DNA of 64,000 nucleotides, from NCBI RefSeq assembly GCF_009914755.1, contig NC_060929.1, one strand, 5' to 3'. The notes under the pieces are model-generated. The model did not search any database, was not told the origin of the DNA, and was given only the letters and a program-made list of their open reading frames with translations. The stretch comes from the human T2T-CHM13v2.0 reference genome, Homo sapiens. Position numbers and translations under genes: made by a program. Positions 16,135 through 30,249 of the stretch are shown piece after piece (position 1 is the first letter of the stretch; every line of letters starts with the position of its first letter).

Positions 16135-19100
16135 TTCTGTGAGATCACTGGTGATATCCCCTTTATCAGTTTTTATGGTTTCTATTCGATTTTTTTTTCT
16201 TCTTTGTTAGTCTGGCTAGCAGTCTAACTGTTTTGTTAATCTTTTCAAAAATCCCGCTCCTGGATTCATTGATTTTTTTTTTTTAAGGGTTTTTCATGTC
16301 TCTATCTCCTTCAGTTCTGCTCTGATCTTAGTTATTTCTTGTCTTCTGATAGCTTTTGAATTTGTTTGCTCTTGCTTCTCTAGTTATTTTTATTGTGATG
16401 TTAGGGTGTCAATTTTAGATCTTTCCTGCTTTCTCCTGTGGGCATTTAGTGCTATAAATTTCCCTGTAAACACTGCTTTAGCTGTATCCCAGAGATTCTG
16501 GTACGTTGTGTCTCTGTTCTCATTGGTTTCAAATAACATCTTTATTTATGCCTTCATTTTGTTATTTTCCCAGTAGACATTCAGGAGCAGGTTGTTCAGT
16601 TTCCATGTAGTTTTTTGGTTTAGAGTGAGTTTCTTAATCCTGAGTTGTAATTTGATTGCACTGGGATCTGAGAGACTGTTTGTTATGATTTCCATTCTTT
16701 TGCATTTGCTGAGGAGTGTTTTACTTCTAACGATGTGGTCAATTTTAGAATAAGTACGATATGGTGCTGAGAAGAATATATATTCTGTTGATCTGGGGTG
16801 GAGAGTTCTGTAGATGTCTATTAGGTCCACTTGGTCCAGAACTGGGTTCAATTCCTGAATATCCTTGTTAATTTTCTGTCTCATTGATCAGTCTACGATT
16901 GACAATGGGGTGTTAAAATCTCCCATTATTATTGTGTGGGAGTCTAAGTCTCTGTGTAGGTCTCTAAGAACTTGCTTTATGAATCTGGGTGCTCCTGTAT
17001 TGGGTACATATATATTTAGGACAGTTAGCTCTTCTTGTTGCATTGATCCCTTCACCATTATGTAATGCCCTTCTTTGTCTCCTTTGATCTATGTTGCTTT
17101 AAAGTCTGTTTTATCAGAGACTTGGATTGCAACTCCTGCTTTCTTTTGCTTTCTTTTTGCTTGGTAAATATTCCTCCATCCCTTTATTTTGAGCCTGTGT
17201 GTGTCTTTGCATGTGAGATGGGTCTCTTGAAAACAGCACACCAATGGGTCTTGACACTTTATCCAATTTGCCAATCTGTGTCTTTTAATTGGAGCATTTA
17301 GCCCATTTACATTTAAGGTTAATATGGGTATATGTGAATCTGATCCTGTCATTATGATGGTAGCTGCTTATTTTGTCTGTTAGTTGATGCAGTTTCTTTA
17401 TAGTGTTGATGGTCTTTACAATTTGTTATGTTTTTTTCAGTGGCTAGTACTGGTTTTTCCTTTCCAAATTTAGTGCTTCCTTCAGGAGCTCTTGTAAGGT
17501 AGGCCTGGCGGTGACAAAATGTCTCAGCATTTGCTTGTCTGTAAAGGATTTTATTTCTTCTTCACTTACGAAGTTTAGTTTGGCTGAATATGAAATTCTG
17601 GGTTGAAAATTCTTTGAGTGTTGAATATTGGCCCCCACTGTCTTCTGGCTTGTTGGGTTTCTGCAGAGAGATATGCTGTTAGTCTGATTGGCTTCCTTTT
17701 GCGGGTAACCCAACCTTTCTCTCTGGCTGCCGTAAACATTTTCTCTTCATTTCAATCTTGGTGATTCTGATGACTATGTGTCTTGAGGGTCGCTCTTCTT
17801 GAGGAGTATCTTTGTGGTGTTCTCTGTATTTCCTGAATTTGAATGCTGGCCTGTCTTGCTAGGTTGGGGAAGTTCTCCTGGATAATATCCTGAAGAGTGT
17901 TTTCCAACTCGTTTCCATGCTCCCCGTCACTTTCAGGTACACCAACCAAACATAGGTTTGGTCTTTTCACATGGTCCTATATTTCTTGGTTGCTTTGTTC
18001 TCTCCTTTTCATTATTTTTTCTCTAATCTTGTCTTCATGCTTTAGTTCATTAAGTTGATCTTCAGTCTCTGATATTCTTTCTTCTGCTTGATCGATTAGG
18101 CTACTGATACTTGTATATGCTTCACAAATTTCTTGTGCTGTGTTTTTCAGCTCCATCAGGTCATTTATGTTCATCTCTAAACTGGTTATTGTGGTTAGCA
18201 ATTCCGCTAACCTTTTTACAAGGTTCTTAACTTCTTGCATTGGGTTATAACATGCTCCTTTAGCTCAGAGGTGTTTGTTATTACCCACTCTCTGAAGCCT
18301 ACTTCTGTCAATTCGTCAAACTCATTCTTCATCGAGTTTTGTTCCCTTGCTGGTAAGCGGTTGTGATCCTTTGGAGGAGAAGAATCATTCTGGTTTTTGG
18401 AATTTTCAGCCTTTTTGAGCTGGTTTTTCCTCACCTTCGTGGATTTATCTACCTTTGGTCTTTGATGTTGGTGACCTTTGGATGGGGTTTTGGTGTGGAT
18501 GTCCTTTTTGTTGATGTTGATGCTATTCCTTCCTTTCTGTTTGTTACTTTTCTTTCTAACGGTCAAGCCCCTCTGCTGCAGGTCTGCTGGAGTTTGCTGG
18601 AGGTCCACTCCAGACCGTGTTTGCCTGGGTGTTGCCAGCGGAGGCTACAGAACAGCAAAGATTGCTGCCTCTTCCTTCCTCTGGAAGCTTTGTCCCAGAG
18701 GGGTAGCTACTGGATGCCAGCCAGAGCTCTCCTGTATGAGGTGTCTGTCCACCCCTGCTGGGAGATGTCTCCAAGTCAGGAGGCTCGGGGATCAGGGACC
18801 CACTTGAGGAGGCAGTCTGTCCCTTACAGAGCTTGAGCGCTGTGCTGGGAGATCCACTACTCTCTTCAGAGCCAGCAGGCAGGAACATTTAAGTCTGCTA
18901 AAGCAGTGCCCACAGCTGCTCCTTCCCGCAGGAGCTCTGTCCCACGGAGATGGGAGTTTTATCTATGAGCCCCTGACTGGGGCTGCTGCCCTTCTTTCAG
19001 AGATGCTCTGCCCACAGAGCAGGAATCTAGAGAGGCAGTCTGGCTACAGCTGCTTTGCAGAGCTGCAGTGGGCTCTGCCCAGTTCAAACTCTCCAGCAGC

Positions 19101-19143
19101 TTTGTTTACTGGGAGAGGAAAACTGCCTACTCAAGCCTCAGTA

Positions 19144-19362
19144 ATGGCAGACGCCCCTTCCCTCACCAAGCCCAAGCATCCCAGGTTGACTTTAGACTGC
19201 TGTCCTCGCAGCCAGAATTTCAAGCCAGTGGATTTTAGCTTGCTGGGCTCCATGGGGGTGGGATCCACTGAGCTAGATCACTTGGCTGCCTGGATTCAGC
19301 CCCCTTTCCAGGGGAGTGAACGGTTCTGTCTTGCTGGTGTTCCAGGTGCCACTGGGGTATGA
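19144..19362 (+). other. L1 ORF0-like antisense ORF (72 aa) in L1PA 5' UTR
   Basis: GTAATGG Kozak context; MADAPSLTKPKHPRLTLDCC...SMGVGSTE resembles recalled L1HS ORF0 MAGAPPPASLPPCSLISDCC...SVGVGPSE. Confidence 0.6.
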
Positions 19363-20011
19363 CAAAAAAACTCCTGCACCTAGCTTGGTGTCTGCCGAAA
19401 GGGCTGCCTAGTTTTGTGCTTGAAACTCAGGGCCTTGGTGGTGTAGGCACCTGAGGGAATCTCCTGGTCTGCAGATTGTGAAGACCATGGAAAAAGCCTA
19501 GTACCTGGGCCGGATAGCTCCATCCCTCACGGCACAGTCCCTCATGGCTTCCCTTGGCTAGGGGAGGAAGTTCCCCAACCCCTCGCACTTCCCAGGTGAG
19601 GTGGCGCCCCACCCTGATTCAACTTGCCCTCTGTGGGCTGTGCCCACTGTCTAACCAGTCCCAGTGAGATGAGCCAGATACCTCAGTTGGAAATGCAGAA
19701 ATCACCCACCTTCTGTGTTGATCTCACTGGGGGCTGCAGACCAGAGCTGTTCCTATTCGGCCATCTTGCCAGCCTACCCTGTAAAGTTTTTAGTCATGAT
19801 TCCTTCAAACTTTGTTTTTTTGCTCCATCTCTATCTCTTCTCCTTACACTTGGTACTCTCATTAAACTTATGTGGCGTTTTAAAAAATCTTGACTGAATT
19901 TTACTTATGAGTTCTCAGAATGACTGGTTCAAGAGACAAAAAAGCATGAGGCAAATTTGTAATACTCATAATTAGAAGGTGGCTGATGTGATTTTAAAAA
20001 TTAAAAACAAA

Positions 20012-20314
20012 TTTTATTTTGTTTTGTTTTTTGAGAGAGAGTCTTACTCTTTCACCCAGGCTGGAGTACGGTGGTGCCATCTCAGCCCACTGCAACTTGT
20101 GCCTCCTGGCTTGAAGTGATTCTCCTGCCTCAGCCTCCCTGAGTAGCTGAGACTTCAGGCACCTGCCACCATGCCCAGCTAATTTTTGTATTTTTAGCAG
20201 AGACAGGGTTTTACCATGTTGGCCAGGCTGTTCTCGAACTCCTGACCTCAGGTGATCTGCCTGCCTTGGCCTCCCAAAGTGCTGGGATTACAGATGTGAA
20301 CTGCTGCACCCTGC
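20012..20314 (-). mobile_element. AluS
   Basis: Alu dimer; TSD AAAATTAAAAACAAA. Confidence 0.93.
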
Positions 20315-20569
20315 TTAAAATTAAAAACAAAAATGTTAATAATGGAGCAAGAACAATAGAAAATAACGACCTAGATTATCTACTGTTTACAGAGAATCTC
20401 TGTAGAATAAAAATTTCTATTTGGCATCTTTATTATAAGGTTAAACAGCCCCCAAAGTCTGCTTTTAATAACATGAGGAAGTTCAAAGAAAGCCTTGCTT
20501 TATTTAAAGATCCATCATGACATATTTAAACAGAGCCACTTAACTCTGTATCTTAGCTTTGGTCTATGC

Positions 20570-21053
20570 CAGTGGTCCCCAAACTTTGCTGTACATTGGA
20601 ACCACTTTGGGGATTTAAAAAAAAAATACTGGTGTCTAGGCCAGGCACAGTGGCTCATGCCTGCAATCTCAGCACGTTGGGGAGACCAAGGCAGGCATAT
20701 CATCTGGGGTCAGGAGTTTGAGACCAGCCTGGCCAACATGGTGAAACCCAGTCTCTACTAAAATACAAAAATTAACCAAGCATGGTGGTGGGTGCCTGTA
20801 AATGTCAGCTACTCAGGAGGCTGAGGCAGGGATAATTGCTTGAACCCAGGAGGTGGAGGTTGCAATGAGCCGAGATTGCACCACTGCACTCCAGCCTGGG
20901 CAACAGAGCAAGACTACATCTCAAAAAAAAAATAAATAAATACTGGTGTCAGGCTCCCACTCCTAGACCTGTTAACTAATATAGAGTGCAAGTTAGGCAT
21001 CAGGATTTTTCAAAACTCCCCTGGTGATATTAATGTGCAGCCAGATTTGGGAA
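20570..21053 (+). mobile_element. MER5A1-like hAT-Charlie MITE (interrupted by Alu, right end clipped)
   Basis: CAGTGGTCCCCAAACTTTGCTGTACATTGGAA...CTCCCCTGGTGATATTAATGTGCAGCCAGATTTGGGAA. Confidence 0.85.
20639..20940 (+). mobile_element. AluS
   Basis: Alu dimer; TSD AAATACTGGTGTC. Confidence 0.93.
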
Positions 21054-23011
21054 TAGTGCCTTACAATTCTCCGAGACAATGCTCATTTTTCTTCTTTTTT
21101 CTCTTTGTTCTTGAGAATGCATAATTACTGTCTATATATTATCCAGTTCACTGATTCTCTTCTCTGCCAGCTCAAATCTAGCTTTGAGCCTCTGTAGTGA
21201 TATATTCATTTCAGTTTTTGTACTTTGAAGCTTGAAAAATTCCTTTTAGTTTCTTTTTAGAATTTCTATAACTTTATTGATTTTCTTTGTTTAATAAGGT
21301 ATTGTCATCATACCTTTCTTTACTTTTCTAATACTGGTTTCCTTTAGTTTTTAGTTTATGTTTCTTTGGTTATAAGTCAAGACTTACCATTAGCAGTTTC
21401 TATTGTCTGCTCATCCCAAGGATGAGACTCACTTTCCTGTTTCTGTCCATGTGCAATAGTTTTGTTGAAAACCTTACATTTCAGAAAACAGATTGTCCAA
21501 ACTCTGGAAATGAATGGCACTTTTAGAATCTTGTTTTTGTTGTTGTTTGCCTGTTTATTTGTTTAGTGGCTTGGGTGGATCATTTTAGTGAATTTTATTT
21601 CTGCAAAAGGGGATAGTTTCTGATGTCTTTCCTTAGAGGGCCAAGCCTTGGCATGAATACATCTCTCTAGGATGACAGTGGTTTTAGAGAACAACCTTTG
21701 ATTGTCTCTTTCCCTGATTTCTCTATTCAGCTGTCAGCTCTTGTTGATATCATACCCAGGTATTAGCCTCCATTACTTGCCAAATATCTTCAACAATGCC
21801 TCAGAGCATAAATTGCTCCAGTGTCTGATCCAATGAAATGCAGTCCTCTTGCAGGGGTAGTCCTTGGGTCAGTCTTTGAGGTTTGCTCCAACTCCAGGAG
21901 AACCTTCTTAGCTGACTCTTTTTCTGGTTCTCCCTCATAAATTTCTAGTTCATTTATAACCTAGCTTGTTGCCGCCATGAAGCTATTAGTCTCCTCTTAA
22001 TTGCTTACCACCAATCTCTCCATTTTTCTTAAGGGTATCCTTCGGTTTGAACTTCCCAGATATTGTTTCAAATAAAATCACTTGTCTTGAGGAGACTGTC
22101 AAAGCTGTTATTGTGGCTTCCTTGTCCCCCTAGGCAAAACTTCTGCACCACTGTACTGTAGTGATGGAAAGGAAAAGTGATCTTTTTCTCCAAGAATGAT
22201 ACCCCAGCTTTAGGAGTAGGGCACTGAGTGAACTGGTAGCCACTGGTCTTCTGAGCTTGCTTCTCCTGACATAGAATCTTCAATCTGCAGGTGAGCTGTG
22301 ATAGGGGTGATATGTGTCTCAGTATTCTCAATCAGCCACTCTTGGAGTAGAGTTTATGCCATAAAAATGGGCACTGAGTAATAGAGAGAGCCCCAGACTT
22401 CTCAGCATTGTTGCGTGAAGAAAGGAGGTTCTGCAGAGACACAGCAGGGAAGGATGAAAAATGCTGGTGACCTGGTTCTCCCTCAGGGCACTGATAGTCC
22501 TAGACTGGGAGCCAAGGGGAAAGGATACCCTGTGTTTTTGGCTGCACTTACCTTGGGTAAGGCTTCCATTAGGCTGAGCTGGGGTCAGGGTGGGATAATT
22601 GACTCAAATTCCACAGACACTTGCTGTTCTTAACAAGATTTAGTAGATTTTCTTAAATAAATATTTTATGAGTTGCCCTATAATCAATTAATTTTCACAG
22701 GCTTTATATGGTGGCGTTTGTTTTTTCTAATAGTTTTCACTAGTTAGGCTTATTTTGCTGGAAAGAGAGTACATAAAACTGCTTGCTCTGCCATTCTTAA
22801 AGTCATGTTATACTTTGTACAACATAATCTTAGTGCTATACTACATTCTGGAAGAAATAAACTAGCTATTATCTAATCTGCCTTATTATAGTAGGGTATA
22901 ATGTTTCTGTAATGCCTTGTACAAATAAGAGCAGTGATATATTCTTACTGGTTTTTGATGTTTCAGTGTTTCAGGTAAAATGACAAGCATTTCATTATTT
23001 CTTTTTTCAGG

Positions 23012-23310
23012 GTTTTTGTTTGTTTTTTTAGAAACAGGGTCTTGCTCTGTTGCTTGTGCTGTAGTGCATTGGCACAATCATAGCTCATGACAACCTCAAA
23101 TTCCTGGGCTGAAGCAATCCTCCCACTTCAGCCTCCCTAGTAACTGGGAATACAGGCAAGTGCCACCATGCCCAGCTACTTTTTAAAGTTTTTTTGTAGA
23201 GACAGGGTTGTGCTGTGTTACCCAGGCTAGTCTCAAACTCCCAGCCTCAAGAGATTCTCTCACCTCTCTCCCAAAGTTCTAGGATTCCAGGCATGAGCCA
23301 CAATGCCCAG
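23012..23310 (-). mobile_element. AluJ
   Basis: Diverged dimer with ATCATAGCTCA and CAATCCTCCCAC J-type diagnostics. Confidence 0.9.
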
Positions 23311-23788
23311 TACAGCAATCATTTCAGTCTGCCCTAGAAGAACCATGGAACGATTATAGAAACAATAGCATGACTTGGCTTGCCTTTCTATGAAAGACGC
23401 TTGACTTTTCTTATAAACATTTTCTTAATACTACTCCTTAATACTACTACTACTCGTTCAAATGTGGAGTCTCTTTCTGTCCCATCACACAATTTCATGT
23501 TTATTCAGTTCAGTAGTAAAGGGGATGAGAAAGTTTTTTTTTTTTTCCAATTCAAAAAGGCCAAGTTATTAGAAGGCTTAGCCCACAGGCATTCAATTTT
23601 TGGAGGCTGGCCTGACATAAAATTTTGTTTTCATTTTTATCTGAATGAGTTTCTTGCCCTGTATTTTCACTTGAATTAGAGAAAAATTATATTTTTATGA
23701 CTGGCATTGACTTTTGGTTAATTACAAGATTTCACCAAAGCCAGATTTTTGTATTAACATAATTTTTGCAAAGCCTTAACCAAAAGAT

Positions 23789-23818
23789 AAAAAAAAAAAA
23801 TATATATATATATATATA
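23789..23818. repeat. (A)n(TA)n microsatellite
   Basis: A run followed by TA repeats. Confidence 0.9.
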
Positions 23819-23849
23819 GCCAAAAATGTTTACAGCCTTACTTATTGAC

Positions 23850-24087
23850 CCAATGTGATTTTACTGTCCACCTCACCCGGGACCTGCACCACCTTCCAAG
23901 AAAACATTTGGCTATGTTAGAGTCATATTTTTCTGTCACAATGGAAAGGTGGTACTAATGACATCTTGTGAACAGAGGCAAAGAATGCCATTAGACATTC
24001 TACAATACACAGGAAAGTCCTCCGATAGCAAAAATAAAAAATTATGCAGCCTAATATGTTAATAATGCCACATTTAAGAAACCTTGA
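23850..24087 (+). mobile_element. MER20 DNA transposon (diverged)
   Basis: ACATTTGGCTATG...CATTCTACAATACACAGG...AAGAAACCTTG follows MER20 consensus order. Confidence 0.75.
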
Positions 24088-24517
24088 TTTAGAGAAAATC
24101 AGCATTTTTCATACTACACAGCCATTAGCTTTGTTCTCCAGTGCTAAAGAGTGCTAACCAATTTTCAATTCCTATACTTTCGACATATCTTAAAAATACG
24201 CACATTCTAGTTTCATTAATTTGTTGAGATAGTTTTGTAACGGTCCCTAGGATACTTTCCCTTACCTTTCTCCAGGAGATAACAAATTAACAACCTCATT
24301 GCGATCTAACAAATCACCCCTGTGACTTACCCCAGAGAAATAATAGTTGTCATGTATACATGTTCAGAAATACACAGCAGGAAAGTGCAAATGTAAAACA
24401 CTTCTAAACAAAAGCAATAATACTGTCAAAAACCAGACTCCTGGGTTTCATACCTGATTTCCCCATTCTTTCTTATATCCAATCTACCAGTAAACGAATG
24501 TTTCACTTTTCTTCTAT

Positions 24518-25020
24518 TGTAGCCAGGCTCTAAAGTGGCCCCCAGTGACTTTTGCCTCTTGGTATTCACACCACTGTATATATTCTCTACTGACATTAAG
24601 TAGGGCAGTAACCCAGAGGATATTGCAGAAATGATGGCTTGTGACTTCCATGGCTGGGTTCCCTTTGTGCCCTTGGATTACTTGCTCTGGAGAAAGCCAA
24701 CTTACTCTAATGGAAACACTCAAATAACCTTATAGAGGGGTCTACATGGTGAGGAACTGAAGTCTCCTGCCAACAGTCAGCATGATATATGTATGAGCTG
24801 CTGTGGAAACACATCCTCCAGGCCTATTAAAGCCTTCAGATTGGCTGCATTTCTGGTCAACATAACGACTGCAGCCTCTTGAGAGACCCTAAACCAGACC
24901 ACTCAGCTAAGTTGCTTCCAGATTCCTGGCCAACAGAACCATGTGACCTATGAAATGTTTGTTGATTTAAGCTGCTAAGTGTTAGAGTAATTTGTTATGC
25001 AACAATACATAACTAATACC
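24518..25020 (+). mobile_element. MLT1 (F/G-like) MaLR solo LTR
   Basis: Starts CTCTAAAGTGGCCCCCAGTGA...CTTGGTATTCACACC; ends GTAATTTGTTATGCAACAATACATAACTAATAC. Confidence 0.8.
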
Positions 25021-25697
25021 ACTCCTTTAACATTTCTGGAAGGTATACATTTTTTTCCATCCTCACTGGCAATGAGGTTCAGACCAAAATTACATGCAGT
25101 TAAAAACCTGTGAAAGTAATGATGCTAGTCAAACTGCCTGCCCCTTGGCCCTCAGAAAAGAAGGCTGCAAATCTGCCAGGTGAAAGTATCCCCATGAAGT
25201 AAATTTCTTTCATCAAACTTACCTCGGTTCCAGAGTGTTACGTCTCTTAGCTGTACAGTTCTTTTATCTTATAAACACACATACACACACACCCCTCCAT
25301 AGTCATCATTTTCTCCATAGTAAGAAAACATCCCATTGGATAAGGCCCAGGTACATTCAGGTGTCTCCACACTGTGCCAAGAGTCACCATGGTCCATGAG
25401 TCTTTGGTGATGAAGTGAAAGAAATATCCAGATTCTGTATTCTGTTATATTACATTCCCCTTTACATATCCCCCCCACCTTTTTTTTTTTTAACTTGCAA
25501 ACCTTTCAGTCATGCTTTAGACCTTCCTTCTTTCCTTCTCATCTTACATTTTCTTCCACTCTTGTCTATTTTTATTGACCAAATTACAGAGGGTACTTTC
25601 TGCCTGAACATAGTTATGAGAAAAGGTGACCACTTCTACGCCCAGCAACATCTTTTTCCCCCCATGACAGGGCAGGGGGTTCAGTTAAAATTTCTGG

Positions 25698-25759
25698 ATA
25701 AATTCTAGATTTACCTACCATAAATAAATTCTAGATTTATCTACAATAAATAAATTCTA
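25698..25759. repeat. 26-bp tandem repeat (~2.4 copies)
   Basis: ATAAATTCTAGATTTACCTACCATAA / ATAAATTCTAGATTTATCTACAATAA / ATAAATTCTA. Confidence 0.9.
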
Positions 25760-25939
25760 AAATGTATGTATTATTATGCTAGATAAATTCTAAAAGAGTT
25801 GTGACACTCCTAACATCTTAGCCCTAAATGCAACTTGTGAATTAAAATTGGTATTATTTGATGCCTATACCATCACTTGCCTACTCAAAAATGCCCTTGA
25901 TTGGCATGTGTATCACTAAATTATAATCATATGTTTGGT

Positions 25940-26085
25940 ATTGTGTCTTTTTCACTGCACTTTAAATTCCTTGAGGACAGGAAGTGTATTGTGTTAACCA
26001 TTATATCCATGTTGCCTAACTCAAATTGTTGGTCAACCTTAGATGATCAGTACTTGTTATATTGCATGAATGAATGAAGGAATGG
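25940..26085 (+). mobile_element. L2 3' end fragment
   Basis: TAAATTCCTTGAGGACAGG...TGAATGAATGAAGGAATG. Confidence 0.55.
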
Positions 26086-26350
26086 ATTCATTAATTAATC
26101 ACATAGCCAAGAACAGTATGGCAGGCCTTGTTAAAATCTTTTTTAAGATACTTTTTCTCCCTTTTTTCTCAAAGATCTGAGTCTAATGTAATGAATGAAA
26201 AAGAATCATGCAATTTTCATTTAAATTTCAAGTTTTTGCTCCCTGTCCTGTCTATAGATATTTACATACAGCAGAGTTATCTAATGATTGTCACTGGGCT
26301 TCCACCAGAATCGTATTATAGCTTAAATTGCCTGAAGAAAGTGAAGTGAG

Positions 26351-26966
<616 letters not shown>

Positions 26967-28191
26967 TAGGACACAATTCTTATAGAACTAACTCCATAAG
27001 CAGAATGTCTAGAAATATAAAATCATTCTAGCCTGAAGCCATAATGTTTTAACTTTTCATAAAATAAGTAGTTTTCCCTAGGATCAAGTCTCTTTTTAAA
27101 GAATAAAGAGGACATACATATTAAAGCACCTCCAACTCAAAATAATGCCCTACGAGGTGCTTTGTTTATGACTATTCTATGGGGGTAACTTCAGTTCTAC
27201 AGCATTTCTGTTTGGGCCTCCACTTCATGCTCCAGGCAGCGGGTAGGCATTATATTCTGTTCAGGGTTTTATTTGTTGACTAGAAGCTCTCAAAACAGAA
27301 TGGCTATAATTTTTTCTTTTTTTAATTCTGACTACTAACTTCTAGAATTGACTTATCTGTGAGTTCCTCTATGCTAATGATTATGTTCTTCCTGTATGCC
27401 AAGCCAACAGAGTACCATGGTTACCGTTAAAACTATTGAATTACCAATTAACCTTCTCCTTGCAATCTAATAAAGAGTTAATGAACTAATTGTTCATCTC
27501 TCCTCTATACAAAATTGAGTCTTTCTGTTGTCCTCAGTATTGAGGCCCACTTAGAAATTTTGAATATTATTCATATTATCACAATACCCATAATTCATTT
27601 CAGGTGAAGAGAACCAGGGTTGATTTTGCAGTGAATATATCTTATTTTGGTGTGGGAAAAAAAATGGAAAGTCTGTGTTATCACTTAGAAAAAACCTGCT
27701 TATGCAGCCCAGTGCTTTATAATATTGGGTCCATTTTTTGAATAAATGGATAAATCAGTAAACATTAAAATAATTGGCTTTTCTCTTTGGATGTTTTACT
27801 ACTTGGCCTCATAGTTACTTGATATGATTATTATGCTTTTAAAAATAGTTGGATTGTCAGAAAAACATGAATTAACTTTCAGAAGTTAGATGTCTAAATT
27901 ATCCTAGGTATTAGATAATAAAGAAAAAAGCATCAACCTGGGTCTTGGCTCTTTTCTTCTACATAACTGATTTTGAAGGAAGGCTTTGTTGTTAAACCAT
28001 CTGAGCCTGTGTCTGGCATTACCAGCACAGTGGTGGGAAGCTAGACATATCACTGCCTTCCCTTATAATTTAAATAATGTGTAAGTAAGTGGCATGAAAC
28101 CTACATCATGCTGGACATTAACTTGGTAACTAGTATTATTATTTTTATCACTAACTTTAAAATTTAAATAATGTTCCTTAAAAATAGATTA

Positions 28192-28503
<312 letters not shown>

Positions 28504-30249
28504 TTAATGAAAGATTATTAGGCTTTTATAATCTCTATAGTTCTTTAATAGAGGACAGAATATTTCAAAATGTTCCTTCTTCTCTAAATAAAGAGCCTAC
28601 CTCAATTACAATAGATTTATGGATTTGCCAGTGTGTGCAGTTTGCATAGTACACCTTGGCTCTGCTGATTGGCTCCATTCTGGGTTAGTGTCTTTTCTTC
28701 TGACCAGGGGAATTAGTGAAATGGATTTGATGCCTGCCGAGTGGTCGTTCATTCTGTGTCCATCGATACTGTGTGAGGAACTTTGTATATGTTTTCCATA
28801 AAGAGTGCTTTCAGCTGGTAATTTAGCCAGTAGTTCTTTTCATTCTAATAGCTTCTGTTTGTAATTTAAATTATCCCCATCCAAACGTTGGTTTCAGATA
28901 CTATTCCCATCTAAACATCATTGTTTAGTCCAGTCTCCCAATAGAGCAAGGGAGAAACTCAATGTAAATATTTTTCTGTTCACACTCCCTGAGTATGTCT
29001 TTCCCCACTGAAATGCTGAGCTTGACCATTAATTTTTTTTTTTTTTTCGTGATGAAATCTAAGAATGTTTTCCAAATCTCAGGTGTAATTTCCAAAGGTT
29101 GAGTAAAGACTGATCAGAACAGCACAGTGGATTTAAAGGGCGGTTTACCAAATCCATGAATGAGAAGGCAAGTCTATATTAAGAAGAGCCTTCTAAAAAG
29201 ACAAACAGGATGCCAACATTTTTAACCAAGGGTTCAATGAACAGTTACCATACTGTATGGAAGATTTGAAGGGCAAGAATATCTAAAAGAGAGTTGTCAC
29301 ATTCCATCTGAGAGCAGGTAGCAAGAATTGATTGATACCTTCACCTGTAAATGGGGGATAATAACGACCATATCATAATATTTCATTAGTAGAAAAATTG
29401 TATGACTGCATAATAATATCCCTCCATAATGCTATAATATCTTGATATGTATACACATATAGAGACATACAACTACATATGCAATTGATGCATGTGTGTG
29501 TTTGTATGTTTCCTATCTCCAAGTAAATTGAGATGGGAAGGTAATATGCATACTTTGCTCTTATCCTTAAGGACAGAGGTCCTTGTATATGAATACATTT
29601 TGTTCTCTAAATCTAGATCCTTGTCTCTTCTATGCCTCATGTTGAAAAACAGAATGGCCTCCGTCTCAAGATGAATTGCACAGAGGATGATGGGCCTAGG
29701 AACCAAGATGTCTCTTCTTATTGTAAGCATCACTTAGTGAGGAAAAGAGCCTTATTAGAAAGGCACTAGAGGGCTTCATTTTTATCCCTTCTTCTCTGAA
29801 ACGCTTTCCAAGGGGATCCCTTTTAGTCACCAAATTGGGGCACCATACTCATTCTCTAGGAGGAACTCAATCCTCAATTTTTCTATGTTTAATAAGTGTG
29901 GACTCACCTATTCCATTCTTAGGTCCTAGAGACTCAGAAGGTATTTTTCAAGGAATAGTTACTGAAAAAACTAAGGAAGGGTAAAAACTAAAAGTTACTA
30001 TCTGATTAAAAATATATACATCAATGAAATTTAGATTGTTGTCTCTAATTTCACAAAAGTCTCATCACAGATCACTTTGGCACCATTTATGGAGTTTCTA
30101 ACTTTTAGTTACTTCTCATTTCAATCTTACGTAAAATGGTTTGCTAAAAGAAAGTAATGGCTGTTTTAGCCTGAAGTCAATTTAAGTTGTACCAACTTTC
30201 AGAATTGGTGATCTCCACATTGCTTTCAGAAACTAGTTTTAGAAATTAT

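Larger units (their letters stand above)
13323..19779 (-). mobile_element. Full-length L1PA (L1PA7-like, ~6.45 kb), ORFs disrupted
   Basis: 5' UTR start GGCAAGATGGCCGAATAGGAACAGC (minus); ORF1 fragments 17444-18608; ORF2 endonuclease start MTGSDSHIPILTLNVNGLNAPIKRHRLANWIK (17352); RT fragment 15151-16134; TSD TGT(C/A)AAGTTTTT at 13316 and 19780. Confidence 0.97.

Noticed and set aside
25216-25425. Possible minus-strand exon (donor GAG|GTAAGT at ~25221)
   Set aside because: An isolated good donor with a weak AAG acceptor, no partner exons, and opposite to the inferred host strand.
27123-27163. Hairpin AAAGCACCTC...GAGGTGCTTT
   Set aside because: A 10-bp stem with a 21-nt loop is expected about once or twice by chance in 64 kb and is too short for a pre-miRNA.
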